NCBI GenBank assembly: GCA_047967505.1
Contig: CM106538.1
Direction: 5' to 3' (one strand)
DNA: 64,000 nt
From: Dipteris shenzhenensis
Lineage: Eukaryota
Under the pieces are notes generated by a model. That model searched no databases. It had not been told where the DNA came from and was given only the letters and a program-made list of their open reading frames with translations. Below, in pieces: positions 25,099 to 37,499 of this stretch. Position 1 is the first letter of the stretch. Each line of letters begins with the position of its first letter. The position numbers and the translations under genes were made by a program.

Positions 25099-25364
25099 AA
25101 ATAGTGTAGAAATATTTACTAATGCCCTTGGGAGAGATTTTTTGGAGCGACGTCTTTGTCAACTCTGAATTAGAACAAAGAGTTAGTTCACCTTTAGGTG
25201 GACATTGAGTGTGGGTGCTAGAAATCAATGCAAATAGTGTAGAAATATTCACTAATGCCCTTGGGAGAGATTTTTTGGAGCGACATCTTTGTCAACTCTG
25301 AATTAGAACAAAGAGTTAGTTCACCTTTAGGTGGACATTAAGTGTGGGTGCTAGAAATCAATGC
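25099..25364. repeat. Tandem duplication 133 bp x2 spanning the RNase H end, PPT and LTR start
   Basis: 25099-25231 versus 25232-25364, three substitutions by eye. Confidence 0.95.
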
Positions 25365-26015
25365 TCTACTCTCATGTAACCATGCATGTACCACGTAATT
25401 CTAGTTTATAACCTCCCCTTTAGGAGGAGAACGCATTGAGTAGAAGGGACTTTTGATAGGTCCCTATTTAAACACTGGCAAGTGTGGCCTGTTGGGGATA
25501 GTAGTAATGAGCATTAACTACGATCTAGGGCAAGGGGTGTCCTAGTGGTAATGAGGCCAAGTGTATCTTGCTTGATAGAGGTGATGAGAATTATCTAGGA
25601 TCCAGGGCAAGGGGTGTCCTAGTGTTAATGAGGCCAAGTGTGGCATGCTAGATAGAGGTAATGAGCATTAGATACGAGGATCTAGTGTGAGGGGTGTCCT
25701 AAGGGGGCTAGAGTCCCCTTGGGAGGGGTTCAAGGGTGGTGGATACCCTTGACCATTGGTATAGGTTTCCTAATAGGGGGAAGTGGTTTAGTTGGCCACC
25801 ATTGATCTAAGTCCACCACTGGTTGAGCATCAACTAGATTTCTAATAGGACCTATATAATCACCCACCCTTTAAAATTCAATTCCTATTGCCCTTGTAAT
25901 ATTTTGGCATATAGCCTCCATCCTTTACTAGTTGTTCAAGCGTGCCATCAAATATTCTTCACTGGGGAAGTAGTTGCCCTCCATTGTATTGGTTTGCAAC
26001 AATACTATTTTATCT

Positions 26016-26019
<4 letters not shown>

Positions 26020-26064
<45 letters not shown>

Positions 26065-26101
26065 CCTCCCTCCCTCGCTCCCTCCCTCCCTCCCTCTCTC
26101 T

Positions 26102-26145
<44 letters not shown>
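26020..26145. repeat. (CT)n/(CCT)n microsatellite inside an LTR
   Basis: Seen directly. Confidence 0.95.
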
Positions 26146-26148
<3 letters not shown>

Positions 26149-29100
26149 CACATGCACATGCACGCTTTCGTCTACAAAGGTCTTGTTGTCTATGTTAGAC
26201 ACAAGACTCATTTTTTCTTACAAATTTAAGCAAATAAGAGGCTTCCAATGATTCCAAAAGGGATTATAAAAGAGATACAAGTCCTCCTAAATTCTTTGTG
26301 AACTAGAGAAATAAGGCAATCCAAATCCAAAGGATGGAAGCCAAAGTAGAGGCCTTAGATAAGCTAGCATTAATGGAATCTACTACCACTATGGAATATG
26401 AATATTTGCCTGATGCAAGCATATATGAGAGTTGTTAAAAGAAGGAATGGATTGGTTGATGGCCATGTGTAGAGAAATAGGATAGGACATTCAAGACAAG
26501 AAAGAAGCTTGAGCTATCCATGAAGGTTTCTAAAGAAAAAGGTTTCTTGGCCATGTGTAGAGAAAGAGGATAGGACATTCAAGATGAGAAAGAAGCTTGA
26601 GATATCCATGAAGGATTCTAAAGAATAAGAGGAATAAGGAGAGGGAAAAGGAATGGGTGGTGATAAAAGTGGAGAGGGTTGGTTGGCAAGGTCAATGAGA
26701 GGAGGGAATAGGTGAAGAGAGAGGAGCTATTAAAAGGAAGGGGGGGACATAGGTGAAGAGAAAGAGGGCTATTAAGGTTGTTGAGGTAAGGGAGGGGGGG
26801 GAGTCAGGAAAGGAGTAGATAAAAAGGGAAATGGAAGTACATGTGAAGAGAGGGGACTGATAGGTCACTGAGGAAATGGGGTTTCAATATTAGGGCCGAT
26901 GTGATAAAAAAGGAAGGTGGTGCATAGGTAAATAGAGCGGGGACTAGGTCTTCTAGGAAAGTGGGGAATTTGAGAATGAAATGGATAAAGAGATAAAGGG
27001 GGATATAGGTAAAGAGACTTGACTCGATAAGGTCATCAAATATATAAAGAGGGAAGGGGGGATGTAGATAAAGAGAGGGGATATGGGGAAGGCTCATTGA
27101 GGGAAGAGGGGAGAAGTTGAGAAGGGAGGGGATAAAGAGATAAGGTAGGGACATAGTGAGGAACAGGTGTAGGTAGCCAAGGGGGGTAGAAAGGAAGAGG
27201 GGTACCCATGTAGAGAGGGAAGGCTCATAGGTTCACCAAGGGGCAAGGGGAAATTTTCAAGAGGGAGAGGATAAAGAAGGAAGGGGCAATTCATGTGTAG
27301 AGAGGGGGGTTGATAGTTCAAGTGAAGAGAAGGGAGGCTAGCAGGAAGGGGGATGAGATTGGGAGGGAAATGATATATGGAAGGGGAGGGGAGGGCCCCA
27401 CACAAGTGAAGAGAGGGGGAGTAGCAAGGTTGTTGAGGTTGAGTGTGTAACTAGACCTGGTTGAAGATCTCCCAAAGATGTTACTACTCAATAGAAGAGG
27501 AAACATTATAAGGGAACAACACCTTCCAAATGAGTCACACAGTTAAAAAATTGTCCCCTCAGGAAGTAGTAAACCTAGAACTACAACAAACCCACCGATG
27601 ACTACTACTTGAGAGAAGTGGATATTAAAGAGCACCTCCCCAGAGCAAGGCTCTTCTAGTTCTATGTAGAAGTTGGGTAGAAATGGAATCACCAAAGATA
27701 CCTCCCCTATCACTACTACTAAACAAGGTACTTCTTTTGATTCCATTCAAACATTGGCTCGAAAAAGGGGCTTTAAAGATGGCGTGCTTATTGATATTAG
27801 CAAATTTATTCAAAAGCAATGCATAAAATTAAAAAATATAGAATTGTTTACTAGTAGTCTACTTATAGACTAGCATAGCCTTGAAGGAGATCCAACTCCA
27901 TAAATCCAAGTAAGACATTACTTGAATCACTCAGTCTCATTGAATCTATCATCAACATTCACATTCATACATTTGGCATACCACGTTAACACTTTGGCAT
28001 TGGGTAGCTCATCATATTAGTGATACTTCATAGAATCTAATTAATCTTCTAATGGATGCAAGATAGCTACAAATATTTTGCACTTCACATACTAAATATG
28101 TAGAGTCACTTTTGTTAAATATTTTTGCATGTGTCCCTACCACGTATATCAGGCTCTTGGCTATTCTTAACACATTGTTGCCATCATTTTATTATAGTCT
28201 TGATCCTTGTCATCTTTAATAGGTGTTCCATCATGATGAATACTTACAGGCATGTAGGTTGGATCATGTTCACAAAACACTTGGTTTGAGACGAAGTATT
28301 ATAGAGTGTGAAAATTGAGCATAAGTCGAATAGTGGTAGCTCATAATGTCCTCATGAGTAGACACTCTTGGTGACATGAAACTAAGTCTCTACCATAGAG
28401 AACTAGACAATCTCCATCATGGAGCTATTTCCATTTGGAGTATAATGATATTCCAATCATGACTTCTATTGTTAAAGAAGATAATCTCCATCATGAATCT
28501 ATTTCCATTCATAGTGCAATGATATTCAAATCATGACTTCTATTGCCAAAGGATATATACTAGTTTTCAATTCAAACCTCATAGGTCTTGAGAAAAAGGT
28601 GACATATTTGTCATATGATTTCATGGATGAGACTTCATGTTCTCATCATGCGCATTTCCCAATAAGCACTATTAGACTTGAATCATCCTTTTTTGATGCA
28701 CATACGAGGGCAAAAACTATCGATATGGAATAAGGGCAAATTTTTTGTTGGTAATAGTGTCAATATATACCAACACTAATTAGCATCAGTATATACCAAC
28801 ACTATCAGAAGTGGATTTACCAATGTTGGTATATATCGACACTGGTTAAAATTTTCTATACTTATGGAAATATAGAACATGATTTGCAATAAGATTTAAA
28901 ATAAGTTTTTGCTTGAAGTTTGGGATCAAAATCTCATGTATTCATGGTGAATTCAATATACAAATGTACATAATGCCACTCTATAAAAGTGAAAGGGGTG
29001 ACGATAAAAAGCCTTGTCAGTGCCAAAAGAATCAACGACTGAGCCAAGTCTCACATGAAAAATAACTCTTTCTCTAACAATATAGTCCATTGATCACCTA

Positions 29101-29720
29101 CATCGTCATTATCTATTATAGATATACCTAAGACTTGATCCTCTAATTCATCTTCTTCAACAATATCATGTGATACATAATCCCATCTTCTTCCCCAATT
29201 CGTGATCTCCACCTTCCTCCATTATGATGTTATTATATGCATTTTCTTCTTGGCCAATCTCATGATCTTCATCTTCTTCCCTAGGGATCAACTGTGGATC
29301 CATTGGAGGCATCTTTGTATCTTCATCCCTATCTTCAAAAGTATTTTTACTTCAAGGAGCAACTTGGACCACATACCACCATCTTGGATCAGAATTATCT
29401 CAATGGAATACCACCTATGCTCAAGATGAAAATTAAATGCCACTAATTGTCTAATGGATGCTTAATTATATATGAACGTGTACAAATTCTTTAAAAATAA
29501 AGGCATTAGCTTATTTAATTAATTAGTATGTACTTGCTCACAACTCTCGGGAAGAACAAAAGTATCACTTTCATCGGTCCACAGTGTGGTGGAGTCTATG
29601 GTAAAGAAACCACTCGGTCTTTTCTAACTATAGCATTGGGACCATTGTAGTAGTTCTAAACCATTTTACATCAAGAATGAAAATAGTAAACCGTCGAAAT
29701 CAACTTTGTAGATTTTTTGT

Positions 29721-29921
29721 TGAAGCGGAAGCGAGTGGAGGAGAGTAAGACTAAAACCACAAGAGTGGTGGGTGTGAATGCAGAAGCGAGGGCACACCAC
29801 AACCCTCAAGAGTATATTAGGATAGGCACTAGGGTGGAACCAGTTCAGAGTGAACCGTGTTCACACTGTAACCTGTAATAAAAAGGTGTATATGAGGTGG
29901 AACAGGGCCTTAACCCCAACA
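29721..29921 (-). repeat. 3' LTR of the Copia
   Basis: TG...CA; 199/201 identical to 33930-34130. Confidence 0.97.
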
Positions 29922-30010
29922 ACCTCCCACCTGAAGGCAATGTGCCTCAAAAAAAAAGAAATTACAGCAAGTACATATAGAATGTACAAGGCCAAAACGT
30001 GATATAGGGC

Positions 30011-31585
30011 CTATCCAACACCCATTAGTGTCCTGCAATGTGCAAACCGCTCTGTTAGCAAGATCTTGGTGAAAAGATCCGCAGGGTTATCATCAGTATG
30101 GATTTTGACAAGTTCTAACAACTTGTCATGCAATACCTCACGAATAAAGTGGTACTTAACATCAATGTGCTTGGTCTTCTGATGAAAGGCCAGATTCTTT
30201 GCCAACATAATAGCACTCTGGCTATCACAATGCAAAGAAGGAATATCCCGTGAAAAACCCAAGTCTCCCACCAGACATGAAAGCCATATGGCCTCCTTGC
30301 AAGCCTCAGTGGCTGCAATATACTCTACCTCCGTGGTAGACAATGCTGTGCATCTCTGTAACCTGGATATCCATGAAATAGCACCACTTGTGAAAGTAAA
30401 CACGTAGCCCGTGGTGGACTTATGATTGTCTGCATGCCCTGCATAATCTGAATGTGTGTATCCATGCACTTCTGCATCTTGCTTGCCAAAACATATGCAC
30501 ACATCTTGAGACCCCTTAAGGTATCTCAATATACCTTTAATTGCCTCCCAATGCCTTTTACCGGGGTTAGCCATATATCTACTGACCACCCCCACTGCAA
30601 AAGCAATATCTGGTCTAGTAGCAACCATGGCATACATTAGACTGCCACATGCAGAAGCATAAGGAACCTTGGCCATATGAGCCCTTTCATCATTTGACTG
30701 AGGGTTGTCCTTTTGGCTGAGTTTCAAATATGGAGGCAAGGGTGTGCTCAAAGCCTTCCCCTTATCCATATTGAACCTCTCCAGGACTTTGCCAATGTAC
30801 TCTTTTTGAGAAAGATAGAGTAAACCCTTTGACCTGTTCCTCACAATCCACATACCAAGAATGTGATTTGCATCACCAAGATCCTTCATGTCGAAGGTTT
30901 TGTGCAGTTTTGCCTTCAAAGCATTCATATCAATAGATGACTTCCCAGTAATAAGCATATCATCCACATAAAGAATGAGTATAAGAAGACTACCATCTCT
31001 TGTCTTCTTAGTGTAGAGACAATGATCATGATCAGACCATCTGAATCCTTGTGCTTTCATGAAAGCATCAAACTTGTGATACCACTCTCTGGGTGCCTGC
31101 TTGAGCCCATAGAGACTCTTCTGCAATTTGCATACAAGCCCTTCTTTTCCCTTGACTTGATATCCCTCTGGTTGCTGCATATAAATATCCTCGTGAAGGT
31201 CTCCATGAAGGAAAGCCATCTTCACGTCCATTTGGACAAGATCCATGTCCTGACTAGCAACCAAAGCTGAAACAGTCCTCAATGTAGTCATCTTGACTAT
31301 AGGAGAAAAGATTTCATCAAAGTCAACTCCCTTTTCCTGCTTGAACCCCTTAGCAACTAATCTTGCTTTGTACTTGGGCTTAGCATCCCCTGGAGTGATC
31401 TTCAACCTATAAACCCATTTGCATGGTAGGACTTTCTGGCCTGCGGGCAATTGCACTAGATTCCATGTCTGATTCTTCTCAAGAGATTGCATTTCTGAAA
31501 CCATGGCTTTCTGCCAATTCTTTGCGTCCTCCCTCTTCATGGCTTCTTTAAAGAACGAGGGCTCACCACATACCTTGGATTCCAC
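30011..31585 (-). CDS. Copia RT plus RNase H open frame (524 codons, out of frame with gag-PR)
   Basis: LPCKWVY, ARLVAKGF, QMDVKMAFLHG, SLYGLKQAPREW, LYVDDML, TKHIDVKYHFIRE, NPADLFTK. RNase H GYTDSD reads GYTHSD. Confidence 0.93.
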   Translation of the reverse strand: MESKVCGEPSFFKEAMKREDAKNWQKAMVSEMQSLEKNQTWNLVQLPAGQKVLPCKWVYRLKITPGDAKPKYKARLVAKGFKQEKGVDFDEIFSPIVKMTTLRTVSALVASQDMDLVQMDVKMAFLHGDLHEDIYMQQPEGYQVKGKEGLVCKLQKSLYGLKQAPREWYHKFDAFMKAQGFRWSDHDHCLYTKKTRDGSLLILILYVDDMLITGKSSIDMNALKAKLHKTFDMKDLGDANHILGMWIVRNRSKGLLYLSQKEYIGKVLERFNMDKGKALSTPLPPYLKLSQKDNPQSNDERAHMAKVPYASACGSLMYAMVATRPDIAFAVGVVSRYMANPGKRHWEAIKGILRYLKGSQDVCICFGKQDAEVHGYTHSDYAGHADNHKSTTGYVFTFTSGAISWISRLQRCTALSTTEVEYIAATEACKEAIWLSCLVGDLGFSRDIPSLHCDSQSAIMLAKNLAFHQKTKHIDVKYHFIREVLHDKLLELVKIHTDDNPADLFTKILLTERFAHCRTLMGVG

Positions 31586-32835
31586 ATAGAATGACCAAAT
31601 TGGGTAAGATAACCTGCATCATCAAGCTGCCCAGTGGATATCAAGCTCTTCCTGAGCTGTGGCACATGTCTCACATTGTGCAATACAAATTCAAAACCAT
31701 TTGGGAATTTTAGATGCACATCCCCAATGCCAACAACGTCACAGGCATAATCATTCCCAAGTTTCACGCATCCTTTCTTCCCTGCATCATATGAAGCAAA
31801 CCACTGCTCATGAGGAGTAACATGATAGGATGCACCTGAGTCTAATAGCCAATCCTATGCATATGAGCCGTCATTGGCCACAAGAAAAGAACTATCACCA
31901 GAGGAGGCAACAAGTATGACATCTTCATTATCTTCATCACTGCTAATCACAGCATTGAGCTCCTCAAGTTTAGCCTTGCCCTTGGTGTCTTTAGCATCTC
32001 TTTTCGCATCTTTGTCCTCTTCTTTTCTTTCCTTATCCCTGCCTTTGTTTTTCAGCTGAAAACAGTCCCTTTTAATATGCCCCTTCTTATGGCAGTAGTG
32101 GCATTCAAGGTCCTTCCGAGGATGGGATTGACTGCGAGATTTCCCTTTATTTTGGTTTTCCCCTCTATTTTGCTGCCTACCTCTGCCCACAGCCAATGCA
32201 CTTGCATTCTTATTTTCACTGCTATTCTTACGCCTCACCTCTTCCTGCAGAAGAGTGCTTTCCACATCTTGGCATGACAATCCTGTGAAAGCAGGGGCTA
32301 AATTGCTTATGGCTGTAGCAAAAGTATCCCAACTATCAGGGAGGGTACTCAAGAGAAATATGGCCTTCACCTCATCATCAAAATTCATTTTCTGATTTGT
32401 GAGTTGGCTGAATATAGAGTGAAATTCATTGAGGTGAAGTGAGAGGGCTGTCCCCTCTTTCATGCTTAGTTTCATAAGCCTCTTCAACCAAAACACTTTA
32501 CTAGCTACACTCTGACTCTCAAAAAGGGACTCAAGTTTTTTCCATAAGCTGTAAGCGGTGGCTTCATTCTCTACATTGAAGTAGATCTTCTTTGAGATGG
32601 TTAAAAGAATGGTACTCTTGGCCTTCTCATTCATGGTTTCCCACTGAAGGTCACTAACTTCATCGGCGGGCTTGATCCATTTATACTTGATAGGCATATT
32701 TTGATCTTTCTGGACCAACACATTATATATTTGGTTCTTCCAATAAGAGAAATTTGCATTCCCCTCCAACTTCTCGATGTTCCAATAGTTACCTTCGTTG
32801 CTTGAAGACATAATGATAAGCCCAAATAGAAGCAA
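31586..32835 (-). pseudogene. gag: Copia gag plus protease with one in-frame TAG (31855-31857)
   Basis: IEKLEGNANFSYWK; knuckle CHYCHKKGHIKRDC; after the stop, DWLLDSGASYHVT...VRHVPQLRKSLIS. Confidence 0.93.
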
Positions 32836-33529
32836 ATAAATACACCTAAGGCATAGAGAGCCTCAAAGTCACGTGCTATGACTTAATGCAATGTTGTCCA
32901 CTCTCCAAAACTGTAAAAAAAAACAGTAAAAAAAAACTCTTAAAAAAAATCCCCAAATCTCTTCCAAAATTGGCCTGTACTTGTACAAAACTGTCACAAA
33001 GGTCCCCGAGCCTTGACAAGTGACCAAATGTCACGATAGAATGAATGATCAAGTGACACAAATATCCCAGATTGTTTAGCAGGTGTTTGGGCAAACTCTC
33101 CCACCTTAAGTAGGCATATAAACACTGTCACAAGGCTAAACTCAGAACTAAACTGAGTTTTCACACTCTCCCAGAGTGTACAAATGTGCTGTCCACAAAA
33201 AGAAGCATTTACCCAAAAAGGACCTGATTGCAAAATCTCCTCTTTTGTCACTGCATTTGACACATAGACATGTAAATCCCCTTCCAAAACTATTTACAAC
33301 GGCCAATGACACCAATTTGAGCAAAAGCCCTTTGTTTTGGCATCTATTGAAGAGAAATTTCGTCAAATAGGCACCCACAAGTGCATACAAGCACTCTAGC
33401 GTCAAAAGCCCCAAATTTCTTGCATGCAATTTCTCCAAATTCCGAGAATGCACCACAATGTGCACCCAATCTTCAAATTTCTACCCAATGTGACCAAATG
33501 TCACACAATCCAGCTGCCCACTTGACAAA

Positions 33530-33860
33530 TGTCAAGTGTACGAAGGGCATAGAACAGCAGCGGAGCGTAACCTAGCTTGACGTTGTATGGGCCTTGATGC
33601 TGTACGGATGAAGCCACACATTGTACGAGACATACGGTTGGCGTTGTGCAAGCCAACACGTTGTACGGACGAAGCCACACATCGTACGGAACATAGGATT
33701 AGAGTTATACGGGCAAGTACGCTGTACGGAAGCAAAAGATATGCATTGTATGGAACGTATGATTAGAGTTGTATGGGCAAGTACGCTGTACGAAAGTAGT
33801 AGATACGCATTGTATGGTATGTATGATTGGAGTTGTATGGGTCAGTACGCTGTAGGAGGC
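33530..33860. repeat. GTACG-rich tandem repeats (~58-64 bp units) in the Copia 5' leader
   Basis: GAGTT(G/A)TA(T/C)GGGCAAGTACGCTGTACG-like x3 and TGTACGGA(T/C)GAAGCCACACAT x2. Confidence 0.85.
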
Positions 33861-33915
33861 AGAAGGGGAACTTCTCGGCTGAGGGTGAGGACGCAAGATA
33901 GAGTTGATGAACCTG

Positions 33916-33927
33916 GCTCTGATACCA
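33916..33927 (-). promoter_or_regulatory. Primer binding site, tRNA-iMet type
   Basis: Exact TGGTATCAGAGC, 2 nt from the LTR. Confidence 0.95.
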
Positions 33928-33929
33928 GT

Positions 33930-34130
33930 TGAAGCGGAAGTGAGTGGAGGAGAGTAAGACTAAAACCACAAGAGTGGTGGGTGTGAATGCAGAAGCGAGG
34001 GCACACCACAACCCTCAAGAGTATATTAGGATAGGCACTAGGGTGGAACCAGTTCAGAGTGAACCGTGTTCACACTGTAACCTGTAATAAAAAGGTGTAT
34101 ATGAGGTGGCACAGGGCCTTAACCCCAACA
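33930..34130 (-). repeat. 5' LTR of the Copia
   Basis: Partner of 29721-29921. Confidence 0.97.
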
Positions 34131-36111
34131 TTTGTATGGTCCCACAATAATCTAATTATGATGAGAGAAGATTGGTATTAGAAGCACTTACTTGACTATC
34201 GTGTATGAAGTTGGCCATGGCTCCACAATCATACGTGACTCTCTTTGAATCGATGTGTTCCACACAAAAATGTTGGCCATAATGCACTGTATGAAGTTGG
34301 CCATGACTTCACAATCATATGTGACTCTTTTTGGATCAATGTGTTCCACATAAAAATGCCATCCATATGACCATAATACACTGTAATTTTCGTACTACAA
34401 AAGAACATCATTAAAACAATGAAGATTGATTTTAAAGCGATGTGACCATGAATAAATTGATTGAGTGAAAAGGTAGGAAGTTTACATGTACCATTTTACA
34501 TCCTCGTGCAAACTCTTGCTCTCGCTCAATTACTATATCCCCATCATCTTTGGCTTTCCGAAGAGCCTATTGTAGCCAATCCATTGATAGAAGATTCACA
34601 ATTTCTACCAATCATTCAAAGCTAAATAAAATATAGTCAAGGTGATATCATAATAAGCATACCTCACACTGCCACTAATCTTGTTATTGTAGATATTTAT
34701 ACAGACATCTTTTGATAAGCATCCTTTCACTACTGTAATTGAGAGGATAAACTAGTGAAGAAACGAACAAGTTATAGCAATGCATCACAATCATAGCTAT
34801 ACTAAGCATGAGGACAATTGTAATTCTAGCAAGTATCCAAGCATGTAAAACAAGAACTTGGACCAATCATGGGACCTGAGACCACTAAGCTTATTGTTGT
34901 TTGAAAAGACTCCTTTCAAGCAATGGGGGACGAGAATTTTCCGAGCAAAATCTTCTGAGCGTTCGAGCGAAGGAAAAAAAAAGCTTCCAACTATATAAAA
35001 ATATGGCAAAAATAGATCCGAACAAAACATAGTTTCCGTTAGAAATATGCAAAGTATTATAGCAATGCCCATTTTATACAAAAATCTTTACATGAATCTT
35101 TGGGAATGGTGAGTAACATAATGGGATGACTTTTGAAGAAACCCACATGTAGAGTAGACTTCTCTATGAAAATTCCCTTATGATTCTTCTTACAACTTTT
35201 ACTTAATAGGGGGTGACATTGAAAAACCCCCTCATGAAAGGGTTTATCCAAAGAGAACTCATTAAAACAAGCCATCAAGGTAGTTTCGCCAACGAAACCC
35301 CTTTGAAGTAGGTCTTCCAAGGTAGTTTGGCTGGCGAAACTACCATGGACAACACTTTTAAAACTGGCATAACTTTCACATTGAATGTCCAAATATAGTC
35401 ATTCAGCCACTCAAATTGATCGGAAAACCCCATTTGAGAACATCTATGGGGTTATATTTTGAAAAATATTGCATATATAGTATTAAATATTAAATATTTA
35501 CTATAAGAGTAATATATAAGCCCAAATTAATGCTTATTTATAGCAATTTAAACTTCTTTAGAAACATATCCATAAATATCTTGTTATTTATGCTATTAAA
35601 ACACTAGAAAGCTCTTACCATATTGATATAAATGTGTTTAATAAGTGATTATATATGTATAATATTATTACATTGAGCGTGATTATGAGGGATGTTCCTT
35701 AAAAGAATTATTTTTCAACACTTTTTAAAAGGAATAATAGGGGCACAAAGGATGTCTATGAACAAGAAAATTTATGTTATGTAAAATTGAATGAGTGACA
35801 ATTCTGTACATTTTTATAATAAAGGGATCTAGTTCTAGTGAAAATAAAAGTGTAAAAACCATGTTTCCTAAGTAAATACAAATTTTTAAATCTCTTGAAA
35901 AACACGCTCGGATAAACCTGCTCATAGGTTTTTGCTCATAAAATTGACGCACCCCAAGCAATGCATGTGTCTTGTCGGTGTCCAAAGGAGGCAATGTCTA
36001 CCTTGATTGTTCCCTCCTCTCACTTGGAGAGTATCCATGGTGCTTTTAGGAGACACTTTTGGTCCATACATTTGGGACCACACGTCAGACACCTATCCAT
36101 GGCTTGCAAGT

Positions 36112-36344
36112 CAGAGAAAAGAGAGAAAGAGAGGAAGAGAGGATGAAGGGAAAGTGAGGAAAAGAGAGAAAGAGAGAAAGAGAGGAAAGAGAGAAAAAGA
36201 GGAAACGAAAAAGAGGAAGAGAGAAAAGAGAGAGAAGAGAGAAAGAGAGGAAGAGAGAAAAGAGAGAGAGAGAGAGAAAATAGAGAAAGAAAATAGAGAA
36301 AGAGAGGAAGAGAGACAAGAGAGAAAGAAAAAGAAAGAAAGAGA

Positions 36345-36408
<64 letters not shown>

Positions 36409-36545
36409 GAAGAGAGAAAAGAGACGAAAAGAGAAAGAGAGGAAAAGAGAAAAAGAGAGAAAGAGGAAGATAGAATGAGAGAAAGAGAGGAAGAGCGAGA
36501 GAGAAAGAGAGGAAGAGGAAAGAGAGGAGAGAGAAGGAGAGGAAG

Positions 36546-36623
<78 letters not shown>

Positions 36624-36640
36624 TGAGAGTGAAGGGAGAT
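36112..36640. repeat. ~530-bp (GA)n/GAA purine tract
   Basis: Almost exclusively A/G on the + strand. Confidence 0.97.
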
Positions 36641-37499
36641 AAGGGTCCTACGCCCATCAGATGGCCATTGCAACATTAAAATAAAATAAGAAGAGAGATT
36701 AATAGAAGTTCATTACCTAGAGCTTAAGAATGAGAGATGACCTCGAAGCACAAGAGAGAGATTTTGACCGGCTCCCCTATAAAACAAAGCAAACACATCA
36801 TGAAAAAAAAAAGGTGGGTGAAGAAAAAACTAGTGGGAGCAACAAAGGAGAGAATTTTCAAGGGAAAGCCCTACTACAAGCAAGAAACTAGAGCAAAGGA
36901 GAAACCAAACAATCACAACAAGAGGTATGGTCCTTTACCACATCTTGCTATCCCTTATGGTTCTTCTTAGAGAAAAAAGAGAGGGAATCTAGAGGGAAAG
37001 TAGAGGAAAACTTGAGGGAAAGTAGAAAGGACATAGCAAAAGAATAACTTAGAAAGCATGAACTTAGAAATGAAAGAAAAAGAAGAGAAACACATACCTT
37101 GAAGGAAAGGGAGGAAGAGGTTTGTTGCAAAACCTGGAAGTGGAGAAGATGGAGAACTAGGAGGTAGGGAGAAGTTTCGTTTGTAGGGATTTCTCGGGGG
37201 ATGCAAAATGCAGTCGAATGGAGGGCAAAAACGGGCTAAACAATGGAAATAGAGTGTGAGGCACCACGGGAGAGAAAGTGCACCAGTTTTCAGCCATTTT
37301 CACCTAGGAATCGTTGGTCTATACCGATGGTTCTAAAGCATAGTGCTAGTATAAAATTACACTTAATCGTCGGTATATACGAATAGAAATAGGGTTTGAT
37401 GTCGGTATATATTGATGGATAAGGGGTTTGGAAATATACCAATGGAAATAGGGTCGAAAGTCATTATATACTAATGAAATGGGGCACTTTCCTAAATTT

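Larger units (their letters stand above)
23300..26222 (+). mobile_element. Decayed Copia with internal deletion of IN and RT
   Basis: LTR end ...TCTACAAAG(A/G)TCTTGTT...TACA at 23405 and 26222. Degenerate PBS TGTTATTAGAGC at 23406-23417. gag KLDG...LWKFKMKAILSSYELW; PR WIIDCGAS*HMT at 24609; RNase H ISWINKKNPTISLYSTKAEY at ~24830. 3' LTR 25349-26222. Confidence 0.8.
29721..34130 (-). mobile_element. Ty1/Copia LTR retrotransposon, young, lacking integrase (4410 bp)
   Basis: 201-bp LTRs with 2 mismatches. TSD TTTGT at 29716-29720 and 34131-34135. PBS 33916-33927, PPT ~29922-29932. Encodes gag, PR and RT-RH. Confidence 0.97.
28740..37450 (-). mobile_element. CACTA (En/Spm) element, minus orientation, decayed transposase
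   Basis: Subterminal repeats GTCGGTATATACCGAC-like at 28755-28845 and 37310-37450. Transposase motifs KLSGLRSHDW (~34870), YGWHFYVEHIDPKRVTYDC (~34330), LDYCGTIQ//IYKVDF..F.ILDVKWF (either side of the Copia) and DPRWWYVVQVAP (~29370). Left TIR not found. Confidence 0.75.

Noticed and set aside
25904-27506. Several Pro/Leu-rich ORFs
   Set aside because: They arise from (CT)n and purine-rich low-complexity DNA; no domain recognised.
31855-31857. Programmed gag-pol stop read-through
   Set aside because: Copia gag-pol is normally one frame; a single CAG>TAG change is simpler and other inactivating changes are present.
36007-36676. ORFs of 190-218 aa (ER/LS-rich)
   Set aside because: Translations of the (GA)n tract, not genes.
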